DNA from: the human T2T-CHM13v2.0 reference genome, Homo sapiens
Direction: 5' to 3' (one strand)
NCBI RefSeq assembly: GCF_009914755.1
Contig: NC_060945.1
Length of the DNA: 64,000 nt
The notes under the pieces were generated by a model that was not told the DNA's origin, did no database searches, and saw only the letters and a list, made by a program, of their open reading frames with translations. Position numbers and translations under genes: made by a program. This document shows positions 1 through 15,400 of the stretch, one piece after another (the stretch's first letter is position 1; each line of letters starts with the position of its first letter).

Positions 1-1778
<1,778 letters not shown>

Positions 1779-1841
1779 TATGATGTTAGCTGGTTATTTT
1801 GTTCGTTAGTTGATGCAGGTTCTTCCTAGTCACGATGGCCT

Positions 1842-2858
1842 TTACATTTTGGCATGATTTTGCCACGGCTGGTACCGGTTGTTCTTCTCCATATTTAGTG
1901 CTTCCTTAAGGAGGTCCTTTTGGGCAGGCCTGGTGGTGACAAAATCTCTCAACATTTGCTTGTCTGTAAAGTATTTTATTTCTCCTTCACTTATGAAGCT
2001 TAGTTTGGCTGGATATGAAATTCTGGGTTGAAAATTATTTTCTTTAAGAATGTTGAATATTGGCCCCCACTCTCTTCTGGCTTGTAGAGTTTCTGCCGAG
2101 AGATCTGTTGTTAGTCTGATGGGCTTCCCTTTGAGGGTAACCCAACCTTTCTCTTTGGCTGCCCTTAACATTTTTTCCTTCATTTCAACTTTGGTGAATC
2201 TGACAATTATGTGTCTTGGAGTTGCTGTTCTCGAGGAGTATCTTTGTGGTGTTCTCTATATTTCCTGAATCTGAATGTTGGCCTGCCTTGCTAGATTGGG
2301 GAAGTTCTCCTGGATAATATCGTGCAGAGTGTTTTCCAACTTGGTTTCATTCCCCCCATCACTTTCAGGTACACCAATCAGACGTAGATTTGGTGTTTTC
2401 ACATAGTCCCATATTTCTTGGAGTCTTTACTTATTTCTTTTTATTCTTTTTTCTCTAAATTTCCTTTCTTGCTTCATTTCATCCACTTCATCTTCCATTG
2501 CTGATACTGTTTCTTCCAGTTGATCACATCAGCTCCTGAGGCTTCTGCATTCTTCACGTACTTCTTGAACTTTGGCTTTCAGCTCCATCAGCTCCTTTAA
2601 GCACTTCTCTGTGTTGATTATTCTAGTTATACATCCTTCTAAATTTTTTTCAATGTTTTCAACTTCTTTGCCTTTGGTTTGAATGTCCTCCTGTAACTCG
2701 GAGTAATTTGATCGTCTGGAGCCTTCTTCTCTCAGCTAGTCAAAGTCATTCTCCATCCAGCTTTGTTCCGTTGCTGGTGAGGAACTGCATTCCTTTGGAG
2801 GAGGAGAGGCGCTCTGCTTTTTAGATTTTCCAGTTTTTCTGTTTTGTTTTTTCCCCAC
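1842..2858 (-). pseudogene. L1 ORF1 (RNA-binding chaperone), disrupted
   Basis: The span is 1017 bp. The start codon is ATG>GTG (TTCCCCACCT at 2851-2860), and there is a premature stop after MENDFD at 2736. The C-terminal fragment 1842-2183 is open. Confidence 0.9.
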
Positions 2859-3437
2859 CTTTGGGTTTTTATCTACTTTTGGTCTTTGATAATGGTGATG
2901 TACAGGTGGGATTTTGCTGTGGATGTCCTTTCTGTTTGTTAGTTTTCCTTCTAACAAACAGGACCCTCAGCTGCACGTCTGTAGGAGTACCTGGCCGTGT
3001 GAAGTGTCAGTCTGCCCCTGCTGGTTGGGTGCCTCCTAGTTAGGCTGCTCAGGGGTCAGGGGTCAGGGCCCCACTTGAGGAGGCAGTCTGCCCATGCTTA
3101 GATCTCCAGCTGCGTGCTGGGAGAACCACTGCTCTCTTGAAAGCTGTCAGACAGGGACATTTAAGTCTGCAGAGGTCACTGCTGTCTTTTTGTTTATCTG
3201 TGTCCTGCCCCCAGAGGTGGAGCCTACAGAGGCAGGCAGGCCTCCTTGAGCTGTGGTGGGCTCCACCCAGTTCGAGCTTCCCAGCTGCTTTGTTTACCTA
3301 AGCAAGCCTGGGCAATGGCAGGCGCCCCTCCCCTAGCCTCGCTGCCTCCTTGCAGTTTGATCTCAGACAGCTGTGCTAGCAATCAGTGAGACTCCATGGG
3401 CGTAGGAGCCTCTGAGCCAGGTGCGGGATATAATCTC
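2859..3437 (+). promoter_or_regulatory. Partial L1 5'UTR retaining the antisense-promoter region but lacking the 5' sense-promoter/YY1 segment
   Basis: Aligns to about 31868-32445 of the second L1. The segment equivalent to 32446-32773 is missing. Activity cannot be judged from sequence. Confidence 0.6.
3315..3437 (+). pseudogene. L1 ORF0 remnant with a premature stop, truncated
   Basis: The ATG at 3315 reads MAGAPPLASLPPCSLISDSCASNQ and then TGA at 3387-3389 (CGA>TGA). The splice donor CAG|GTGCGG is retained at 3420/3421. Confidence 0.85.
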
Positions 3438-6400
3438 TTCACATAAAATCTAGACAGACACATTCTGACAAACATCTTTGTGATGTGTGCATTCACCTCA
3501 CAGAGTTGAACGTTACTTTTGATTGAGCAGTTTTGAAAAACTCTCTTTGTAGAATCCGCAAGTGGACATTTGGAGCTCTTTGAGGCCTATGGTGGATAAC
3601 GAAATATCTTCGTATAATAAAGAGAAAGAAGCATTCTGAGAAACTTCTTTGTGATGTGTGCACTCATCTCACAGAGTGGAACCTTACTTTTGATTTAGCA
3701 GTGTGGAAACACTCTTTTTCTAGAATCTGCAAGTGGACATTTGGAGCACTTTGAGGCCTATGGTAGAAAAGGAAATATCTTCACATAAAATATAGACAGA
3801 AGCAATCTTGGAAATTTCTTTGTGATGTGTGCATTCATCCCACAGAGTTAAACCTTTCTTTAGATTGAGCAGTTTTGAAACTCTCTTGTATTATCTACAA
3901 GTGGACTTTTTGAGTGCTTTGTGACCTATGGTGAAAAGGAATTAACTTTTCATATATTCTACAAGAAGCAATCTGAGAAACTTCTTTGTGATGTGTGCAT
4001 TCATCTCACAGAGTTAAACCTTTCTTTAGTTTGAGCAGTTTTGGAACAGTCTTTTTGTAGAATCTGCAAGTGGACACTTGTAGTGTTTTGAGGCCTATGG
4101 TAGAAAAGGAAGTATCTTCACATAAAAACTAGACAGAAGAATTCTGAGAAACTTCTTTGTGATGTGTGCATTCATCTCACAGAGTTGAACCTTTCTTTTG
4201 ATTGAGCAGTTTGGAAACACTCTTTTTGCAGAATCTGAAAGTGGACATTTGGAGAGCTTTGCAGCCTTTGGTGGAAAAGGAATTATCTTCACATAAAATC
4301 TAGACAGAAGAAATCTGAGAAACTTCTTTGTGACATGTGCATTCATCTCACAGAGTTAAGCATTTCTTTTGATTGAGCAGTTTTGAAACTCTCTTTTTGT
4401 AGAATCTGCAAGTGGACATTTGGAGCACTTGGGGTCTATGGCGGAGGAGGAAGTATCTTTACATAAAAACTAGACAGAAGAATTTTGTAAAATTTCTTTG
4501 TGAGGTGTGCATTCATCTCACAGAGCTGAAGCTTTCCTTTGATTATGCAGTTTGAAAGCACTCTTTTTGTAGAATCTGCAAGTGGACCTTGGAGTGATTT
4601 GAAGCCTGTGGTAGAACTGGAAATATCTGGACATAACATCGGGACAGAAGCCATCTGAGAAACTTCTTTGTGATGTGTGCTTTCATCTCACTGTGTTAAA
4701 CCTTTCTTTTGGTTGAGCAGTTTTGAAAATCTCTTTTTGTAGAATCTGCAAGTCGGCATTTGGAGCTCTTTGAGGCCTATGGTGGAAAAGGAAATATCTT
4801 CACATAAAAACTAAGTAGAAGCATTCCAAGAAACTTCTTTGTGAAGAGTGCGTTCATCTCCCAGATTGAACCTTTCTTTCGATGGAGCAGTTTTGAAGTA
4901 CTCTTTTGGTAGAATCTGCAACTGGACATTTCGAGTGCCTTGAGGACAATGGTGGAAAATGAAATATCTTCACATAAAAACATCGTCACATGAAAAACTC
5001 AGAAGAATTCTGAGACACTTCTTTGTGATGTGTGCATTCATCTCACAGAGTTGAAACTTTCTTTTGATTGAGCAGTTTGCAAATACTCTTTTTGTAGTAT
5101 CCGCAAATGGACATTTTGAGTGCTTTGCGGCCTATAGTAGAAAAGAAAATGTCATCACATAAAATCTAGACAGAAGCAATCTGAGAAACTTCTTTGTGAT
5201 GCGTGCATTCATCTCACAGAGTTAATCATTTCTTATGATAGAGCAGTTTTGAAGCTCTCTTTTTGTAGAATCTGCAAGTGAACATTTGGAGCGCTTTGAG
5301 GCCTATGGTGGAATAGGTAATATCTTCAGATAAAAACTAGACAGAAGTACTCTGACAAACTTCTTGGTGATTTGTGTGTTCATCTCACAGATTTGAAGCC
5401 TTCTTTGAGCAGTTTTGAAGCCCTCTTTTTGTAGAATCTCTAAGTGGACATTTGGAGCTCTTTGCAGCCTTAGGTAGAAAAGGAAATATCTTCACATAAA
5501 ATCCAGACAGAAGCAATCTGAAAATCTTCTCTCTGATGTGTGCATTCATCTCACAGAGTTAACCCTTTCTTTTGATTGAGCAGTTTTGAAACTCTCTTTT
5601 TTAGAATCTGCAAGTGGATATTTGGGGCGCTTTGAGGCCTATTGCGGAAAAGGAAATATCTTCACATAAATACTAGATAGAAGCATTCTGAGAAACTACT
5701 TTATGATGTGTCTATTCATCTCCCAGAGTTGAACATTTCTTTTGATGGACCAGTTTTGAAATACTCTTTTTGTAGAATCGGCAAGTGGACTTTTGGAGCA
5801 CCTTGAGGCTTAAGGAGGAAAATGAAATATCTTCACATAAAAACTAGACAGAAGAATTCTGAGAAACTTCTTTGTTATGTGTGAGTTCATCTCACAGAGT
5901 TGAAACTTTCTTTTGATTCAGCATTTTGGAACCACTCTTTTTGGAGAATCTGCACGTGGACATTTGGAGCTCTTTGCGGCCTATGGTAGAAAAGGAAATA
6001 TTTTCACATAAAATCAAGACTGAAGCAATCTGAGAAACTTCTTTGTGATGTTTGCATTCATCTCTCAGAGTTAAACCTTTTTTTCTGATAGACCAGTTTT
6101 GAAATACTCTTCTTATAGGATCTGCAAATGGACAATTCGAGTGCCTGGAGGCCTTTGGTGAAAAATGAATTATCTTTACATAAAAACTAGAGAGAAGAAT
6201 TCTGAGAAACTTCTTTGTGATATAAGCGTTCCTCTCACAGAGTTAAACCTTTCTGTTGATTGAGCTGTTTAGAAACACTCTTGTTGTAGAATCTACAAGA
6301 GGACATTTGAGTGCTTTGCGGCCTATGGTAGAAAAGGAAATATCTTCACATAAAATCTAGACAGAAGCAACCTGAGAAACTTCTTTGTGATGTGGGAATT

Positions 6401-9400
6401 CATCTCACAGAGTTAAAACTTTCTTTTGATTGAGCAGTTTTGAAACTCTCTTTTTGTAGAATCTTCAAGTGAACATTTGGAACGCTTTGAGGCCTACGGT
6501 GGAAAAGGAAATATCTTCACATACAATCTTGACAGAAGCAATCTGAGAAACTACTTTGTGATGTGTGCATTCACCTCACAGAATTAACCCTATCTTTTGA
6601 TTGAGTAGTTTTGAAACTCTCCTTTTGTAGAATCTGCAAGGGGACCTTAGGAGTGCTTTGAGGCCTATGGTGGAAAAGGAAATATATTAACATAAAAACT
6701 AGATTGAAGCATTCCAATAAAGTTCTTTGTGATGTGTGCATTCATCTCCCAGTGTTGAACCTTTCTTTTGATGGAAAAGTTTTGAAATACTCTTTTTGTA
6801 GAATCTGCAAGTAGACATTTGGAGTGCTTTGAGGTCTATGGTGGAAAGGGAAGTATCTTCACATAAAAACTAGACAAAAAAATTCTGGGAAACTACCTTG
6901 TGATGTGTGTGTTCATCTCACAGTTTTGAAACTTTCTTTTGATTGAGCAGTTTGGAAACACTCTTTTTGTGGAATCTGCAAGTGGACATTTGGAGCTCTT
7001 TGCAGAGTATAGCAGCAAAGGAAATAACTTCACATAAAATCTATGCAGAAGCAATATGAGAAATTCCTTTGTGATGTGTGCCTTCATCTTACAGAATTAA
7101 CTATTATTTTGATTGAGCAGTTTTGAAACTCTCTTTTTGTAGAATCTGCAAGTGGACATTTGGAGCGTTTTGAGTCCTATGGTGGAAAAGGAAGTATCTT
7201 CACATAAAAACTAGATAGAAGAATTCTGAGAAATTTCTTTGTGAAGTGTGTGTTCACCTCACACAGTTGAAACTTTCTTTTGATTGAGCAGTTTGGAAAC
7301 ACTCTTTTTAAAGAATCTGCAAGTGGACATTAGGAGCGCTTTATGGTCTATGGTAGAAAAGGAAATGTATTCACATAAAATCTAGACAGAAGCAATACGA
7401 GAAACTACTTTGTGATGTGTGCATTCATGTCACAGAGTTAAACCTTTGTTTTGATAGAGTAGTTTTGAAACTCTCTTTTTGTAGATTCTGCTAGTGGACA
7501 TTTGGAGCACTTTGAGGTCTATGGTGGAAAAGGAAATATCTTCACATGAAATCTAGACAGAAGCAATCTGAGAAACTTCTTTGTGATGTGTGCATTCATC
7601 TCACCGAGTTAATCCTTTCTTTCGATTGAGCAGTTCTGAAACACTTTTTTTATAAAATCTGCAAGTGGATATTTGTAATGCTTTCAGGCCTATGGTGGAA
7701 AAGCAAATATCTTCACATAAAAACTAGATAGAAGCATTCAGAGATACTTCTTTGTGATGTGTACATTCATCTCCAAGAGTTGAAACTTTCTTTTGAAGGA
7801 CCAGTTTTGGAATACTGTTTTTGTAGAATCTGCAAGTGGACATTTCGAGTACCTTGAGGCCTAAGGTGGAAAAGGAAATATCTTCACATAAAAACTAGAC
7901 AGAAGAATTCAGAGAAACTTCCTAGTGATGTGTGCATTCATTTCCCAGAGTTGAAACTTTGTTTTGATTGAACAGTTTGGAAATAGTCTTTTTCTACTAT
8001 CTGCAAGTGTATATTTGGAGCACTTTGTGGCCTGAGGTAGAAATGGAAATATCTTCACATAAAATCTAGACAGAAGCAACCTGAAAAACTTCTTTGTGAT
8101 TTTTGCATTCATCTCCAAAGTTAACCATTTCTTTTGATTGAGCACTTTTGAAACTCTCTTTTTGTGGAATATACAAGTGGACATTTGGAGCGCTTTGAGG
8201 ACTATGGTGGAAAAGGCAATATATTCACATAAAAACTAGAAAGAAGCATTCGTAGAAACTACATTGTGACGTGTAAATTCGTCTCCCACAGTTGAAACTT
8301 TCTTTTGATGGACCATTTTTGAAATACTCTCTTTGTAGAATCTGCAAGTGGACATTTGGAGTGCCTTGAGGCCTATTGGGGAAAATGAAATATCTTCACA
8401 TAAACACTAGACAGGAGAATTCTGAGAAACTTCTTTGTGGTGTGTGATTTCATCTCGCACAGTTGAACCTTTCTTTTGATTGAGCAGTTTGGAAGCACTC
8501 TTTTTGTAGAATCTGCAAGTGGACATTTGTAAACTTTGTGGCCTATGATAGAGAAGGAAATAACTTCACATAAAATCTAGACAGAGCAGTCTGAGAAAAT
8601 TATTTGTGATGTGTGCATTCATCTCACAGAGTGAAACCCTTCTTTTGATTGAGCAGCTTTAAAACTCTCTTTTTGTAGGATCTGCAAGTGGACTTTTGGA
8701 GAGCGTTGAGGCCTATGATGGAAAAGGAAATATCTTCACATAAAAAATACACAGAAGTATTCTGAGAAACTTCTTTGTGATGTGTGCTTTCACCTCACAG
8801 AGTTGAACATTTCTTTTGATTGAGCAGTTAAGAAACTCTCTTTTAGTTGAATCTGCAATTTGACTTTGGGAGTGCTGTGAGGCCTTAGGTGGAAAAGGAA
8901 ATATCTTCACATAAAAACTAGACAGAAGAATTCTGAGAAACTTCTTTGTGATGTGTGCATTCATTTCACAGAGTTAAACCTTCTTTTGATTGAGCAGTTT
9001 TGAAACACTCTTATTGTAGAATCTATGTGTGGCCATTTGGAGCGCTTTGCATCCTACGGTAGGAAAGGAAATATCTTCACATAAAATCTAGACAGAAGCA
9101 ATCTGAGAAAATTCTTTGTGATGTGTGCATTCATCTCACAGAGTAAAAGCTTTCTTTTGATTGAGCAGTTTTAAAACTCTCTTTTTGTAGAATCTGCAAG
9201 TGGACATTTGGAGCGCTTTGAGGCCTATGGTGGAAAATGAAATATCTTCACACAAAAACTAGACAGAAAAATTCTGAGAAACTTCTTTGTGATGTGTGCA
9301 TTTATCTCACAGAGTTAACCGTTTCTTTTGATTGAGAACTTTGGAAACTCTCTTTTTGCAGAACCTGCAAGTGGACATTTGGAGCGCTTTGAGGCTTATG

Positions 9401-12400
9401 GTGGAAAAGGAAATAGCTTCATGTAAAAACTAGATAGAAGCATTCTGAGAAACTTCTTTGTGATGTGTGCATTCATCTCCCAGAGTTGAGCCTTTCTCTT
9501 GATGGACCAGTTTTGAAATACTCTTTTTGTAGAATCTACAAGGGGACATTTCGATAGCCTTGGGGCCTCTGGTCCAAAAGGAAATATCTTCACATTAGAA
9601 CTAGACAGAAGAATTCTGAGAAACTTCTTTGTGATGTGTGAGTTCATCTCACAGAGTTAACCTTTCTTTTGATTGAGCAGTTTGGAAACACTGTTTTTGT
9701 AGAATCTACAGGTGGACATTTGGAGCAGTTTGCAAAGTATGGTAGAAAAGGAAATATCATTACATAAAATCTAGGCAGAAGAAATCTTAGAAACTGCTTT
9801 GTGAAGTGTGTGTTCATCTCACAGATATAAACCTTTCTTTTGATTGAGCAGCTTTGAAACTCTCTTTTTGTAGAATTTGCAAGTGGAAATTTTGATCATT
9901 TTGAGACCTATCACGGAAAAAGAAATGTCTTCACATAAAAACTAGACAGAAGTATTTTGAGAAACTTCTTGGTGATGCGAGCATTCATCTCTCAAATTTG
10001 AACCTTTCTTTTGATTGAGCAGTTTTGAAACATTCTTTTTGTAGAATCTGCAAGGGGACATTATAAGTGCTTCGGGTTCTATGGTAGAAAAGGAAATAAC
10101 TTCACATAAAATCTAGACAGAAGCAATCTGAGAAACTTTTTGTGATATGTGCATTCATCTCACAGAGTTAAACCTTCCTTTTGATTGAGCAGTTTTGGAA
10201 GTCTCTTTTAGTAGAATCTGCAAGTGGACATTTGGAGAGCTTTTAGGCCTATGGAAGAAAAGGAAATATCTTCACATAAAAAGTAGACAGAAGAATTCTG
10301 AGAAAATTCTTTGTGATGCCAGCGTTCATCTGACAGAGTTGAACCTTTCTTTTGATTGAGCAGATGGGAAACACTCTTTTTGTAGAATCTGCAAGTGAAC
10401 ATGTGGAGCGCTTTGCGGCCTATGGTAGAAAAGGAATTATCTTCACATAAAATCTAGACAGAAGCAATCTGAGAAAGCTTTTCTTATTGTGTGCATTCAT
10501 CTCACAGTGTTAAACATTTCTTTTGATTGAGCAGTTTTAAAACTCTCTTTTTATAAAATCTGCATGTGGACATTTGAAGCGCCTCGAGGCCCATGGTGCA
10601 AAGGAAAATATATTCACATAAAAACTAGATAGAAGCATTCTGAGCAACCTCTTGGTGATGTGTGCATTCATTTCCCAGAGTTGAACCTTTCTATTGATGG
10701 ACCAGTTTTGTAATAATCTTTTTGTAGAACTTGCAATTGGTCATTTGGAGTGCCTTGAGGCCTATTGTGGAAAATGAAATATCTTCACAACAAAACTGCA
10801 AAGAAGTATTCTGAGCAACTTCTATGCGATGTGTGTGTTCATCCCACAGAGCTGAACCATTTTTTAGATTGAGAAGTTTGGAAACTGTCTTTTTGTAGAA
10901 TCTGCAAGTGGACATTTGGAGCGCTTTGTCACCTACGGTAGAAAAAGGACTATCTTCACATAAAATCTAGACATAAGCAATCAGAGAAACTTCTTTGTGA
11001 TTTGTGCATTCACCTCAGAGAGTTAAACCTTTCTTTTGATTGAGGAGTTTGGAAACTCTCTTTTTGTGGATCTACAAGTGGACTTTTGGAGTGCTTTGGG
11101 GCCTATGGTAGAAAAGGAAATATCTTCACATAAAATCCAGACAGAAGCAACCTGAGAAGCTTGCTTGGATGTGTGCATTCATCTAAGAGAGTTAAACCTT
11201 TCTTTTGATTGAGGAGTTTTGAAACTCTCTCTTTGTAAAATCTGCAAGTGGCCATTTGGAGCACTTTGAGCCCTATGGTGAAAAACGAAATATCTTCACA
11301 TAAAAACTAGACAGAAGAATTCTGAGAAACTTCTTTGTGATGTGTGCGATCATCTCACAGAATTGAAACTTTCTTTTGATTGAGCAGCTTGGAAACACTC
11401 TTTTTGTAGAATCTGCAAGTGGACTTTTGGAACGCTTTGTGGCCCATGTTAGAAAAGGAAATATCTTCACATAAAATCTAGACAGAAGCAATCTGAGAAA
11501 CTCCTTTGTGATGTGTGCATTCATCTAACGGAGTTAAACCTTTCTTTTGGTTGAGCAGTTTTGAAAATCTCTTTTCATAGAATTTGCAAGTGGACATTTG
11601 GAGCACTTTGAGACCTGTGGTGGAAAAGGAAATATCTTCACATAAAAACTAGACAGAAGAATTCTGGGAAACTTCTTTGTGATGTGTGTGTTAATCTCAC
11701 AGAGTTGAACCTTTCTTTTGATTGAGCAGTTTGGAAAAACTCTTTTTCTAGAATCTGCAAATGAACATTTGGTGCGCTTTACAGCCAATGGTAAAAACGG
11801 AATATCTACACATCAAATTTAGAAAGAAGCAATCTGAGAAACTTCTTCGTGATGTGTGCATTCATCTCACAGAGTTAACCCTTTCTTTTGATTGAGAAGT
11901 TTTGAAACTCTCTTTTTGTAGAATCTGCAGGTGGACATTTGGAGCACTTTTAGGCCTATGGTAGAAGAGGAAATGTCTTCACATGAAAACTTGATAGAAG
12001 CATTCTGGCAAACTTCTTTGTGATATGTGCATTCATCTCCCAGAGCTGAAACATTCTTTCAAAGGACCAGTTTTGAAATACTCTTTTTATAGAATGTGCA
12101 AGTGGACATTTTGAGCGCCTTAAGGCCTATGTTTGAAAAGGAAATATCTTCACATAAAAACTACACAGAAGAATTCTGAGAAACTGCTTTGTGATGTGTG
12201 CATTCATCTCACAGAATTGAACCTTTCTTTTGATTCAGCAGTTTGGAAACACTCTTTATGTAGAATCGGCAAGTGGACATTTGGAGTGCTTTGTGGCCTA
12301 TGATAGAAAAGGAAATATTTTCACATAAAATCTAGACCGAAACAATCTGAGAAACTTCTTTGTAATGTGTGCATTCATCTCACAGAGTTAAGCCTCTCTT

Positions 12401-15400
12401 TTGATTGAGCACTTTAGAAACTCTCTTTTTGCAGAATCTGCAGGTGGACATTTGGAGCACTCTGAATCCTATGTTGGAAAAGGAAATGCCATCACATAAA
12501 AACTAAACAGAAGAATCCTAAGAAACTTCTTTGTGATGTGTGAGTTCATTTCACAGAGTTGAGTCTTTCTTTGGATTGAGCAGTTTGGAAATACTCTTTT
12601 TGTAGAATCTACAGGTGGACAATTAGAGCACTTTGTGTCCCATAGTAGAAAAGTAAATAACTTCACATAAAATCTAGACAAAAGCAATGTGAGAAACTTA
12701 CTTGTGATGTGTGCATTCATCTCAGAGTTAAACCTTTCTTTTGATTGATCAGTTTTGAAACTCTCTTTTTGTAGAATCTTCAAGTAAACAATCGGAGCGC
12801 TTTGAGGCCCATGGTGCAAAAGGAAATATCATCACATAAAAACTAGACAGAAGAATTCTGAGAAACTTCTTTGTGATGTGTGCATTCTTCTCACAGAGTT
12901 GAACCTTTCTTTTGATTGAGCAGTTTGGAAACACTCTTTTTGTAGAATCTGCAAGTGCACATTTGGAGAGCTATGCGGTCTATGGTAGAAAAGGAAATAT
13001 CTTCGCATAAAATCTAGACAGAAGTAGTCTGAGAATATTCTTTTTGATGTGTGCATTCTTCTCACGGAGTGAAACTTTTCCTTTGATTGAGCAGTTTCGA
13101 AACTCTCTTTTTGTAAAATCTGCAAGTGAACATTTGGAGTGCTTTGTGGCCTATGATAGAAAAGGAAATATTTTCACTTAAAATCTAGACAGAAGCAATC
13201 TGAGAAACTTCTTTGTGATGTTTGTATTCATCTTACATAGTTAAACCTTTCTTTTGATTGAGCAGTTTTGAAACTCTCTTTTTGTCGAATCTGTAAGAGG
13301 ACATTTGGAGTGCTTTCAGGCCTATGGTGAAAAAGGAAGTATCTTCTCATGAAAACTAGACAGAAGAATTCAGACAAACTTCTTTGTGATGTGTGCATTT
13401 ATCTCACAGACTTGAACCTTTCTTTTGATTGAGCAGTTTGAAACACTCTTTTTGTAGAATCTGCAAGTGGACATTTGGAGCACGTGGAGGCCTATAGTGG
13501 AAATGGAAATGTCTTCACACTAAAAACTAGACAGAAGAATTCTGAGAAACTTCTTTGTGATCTTTGCATTCATCTCACAGAGTTGAACCTTTCTTTTCAT
13601 TGAGCAGTTTGAAAACACTCTTTTTGTAGAATCGGCAAGTGGACATTTGGAACGCATTGCAGTCTATGATGGAAAAGGAAATATCTCCACATAAAATCTA
13701 GACAGAAGCAATCTGAGAAACTTCTTTGTGATGGGTGCATTCATCTCACAGAGTTAAAACTTTCTTTTGATTGAGCAGTTTTAAAATTCTCTTTTTATAG
13801 AATCTGTAAGTGGACATTTGGAGCGTTTTGCAGCTTATGGTAGGAAAGGAAATATCTTCATATAATATCTAGACAGAAGCAATCTGAGAAATTTCTTTTG
13901 ATTTGTGCATTCATCTCACAGATGTAAACCTTTGTTTTGATAGAGCAGTTTTGAAACTCTCTTTTTGTAGAATCTGTAAGTGGACATTTGGAGCGCTTTG
14001 AGCGATATGATGGAAAAGGTAATATCTTCACATAAAAACCAGACAGAAGTATTCTGACAAATTTCTTTGTGATGTGTGCATTCACCTCACAGAGTTGAAC
14101 CTTTCTCTGGATTGAACAGTTTGGAAACAATCTTTTTGTGGAATCTGCAAGTGTACATTTGTAGCGCTTTTCAGCCTATTAGTACAAAAGGAAATATCTT
14201 CACATAAAATCTAGAAAGAAGCAATCTGAGAAACTTCTTTGTGATGTGTGCATTCGCCTCATGGAGTTAAACCTTTCTTTTGATTGAGCAATTTTGAAAC
14301 TCTATTTTTGTAGAATCTGCAAGTGGACATTTTGAGCACTTTCAGGCCTGTGGAGGAAAAGAAAATATCTTCACAGAAAGACTAGACAGAAGAATTCTGT
14401 GAAACTTCTGTGTGATGCATGTGTTCATCTCATAGAGTTGAAACTTTCTTTTGATTAAGCAGTTTGGAAACACTCTTTCTAGAATCTGCAAGTGGACATT
14501 TGCAGCGCTTTGCCGCATGTGGTAGAAAAGGGAATATCATCACAAAAAATCTCGACAGAAGCAATATTAGAAACTTCTTTGTGATGTGTGCATTCTTCTC
14601 ACAGAGTTAACGCTTTCTTTTGATTGAACAATTTTGAAACTCTCTTTTTGTAGTATCTGCAATTGGACATTTGGGGCGCTTTGAGGCCTATTGTGGAGAA
14701 GGAGATATCTTCACATAAAAACTAGATAAAAGCATTCTGAGAAACTGCTTTGTGATGTGCACATTCATTTCCCACAGTTGAATATTTCCTTTGATTGACC
14801 AGTTTTGAAATACTGGTTTTGTAGAATCTGCAAGTGAACGTTTCCAGTTCCTTGAGGCCTGTTGTGGAAAACGAAATATCTTCACATAAACACTAGACAT
14901 AAGAATTCTGAGAAACTACTTTGTGATGTGTGCGTTCATCTCACAGAGTTGAACCTTTTTGTTGATTGAGCAGTTTGGAAACACTCTTTTTGTAGAATCT
15001 GCAAGTGGACATTTGGAGCGCTTTGTGACCTATGGTAGAAAAGGAAATATATTCACATAAAATCTAGACAGAAACAATCCGAGAAACTTCTTTGGATGTG
15101 TGCATTCATGTCACAGAGTTAAACATTTCTTTTGATTGAGCAGTTTTGAAAATCTCTTTGTAGAATCTGTAAGTGGACACTTGGAGGGCTTTGAGGCCAA
15201 TGGTGGAATAGGAAATATCTTCCCATCAATAGTAGACAGAAGAATTCTGAGAAACTTTTTTGTGATGTGTGCCTTCATCTTAAGGAGTTCAACCTTTCTT
15301 TTTATTGAGCAGTTTGGAAACACTCTTTTTGCAGAATCTGAAAGTGGACATTTGGAGAGCTTTGCAGCCTTTGGTGGAAAAGGAAATATCTTCACATGAA

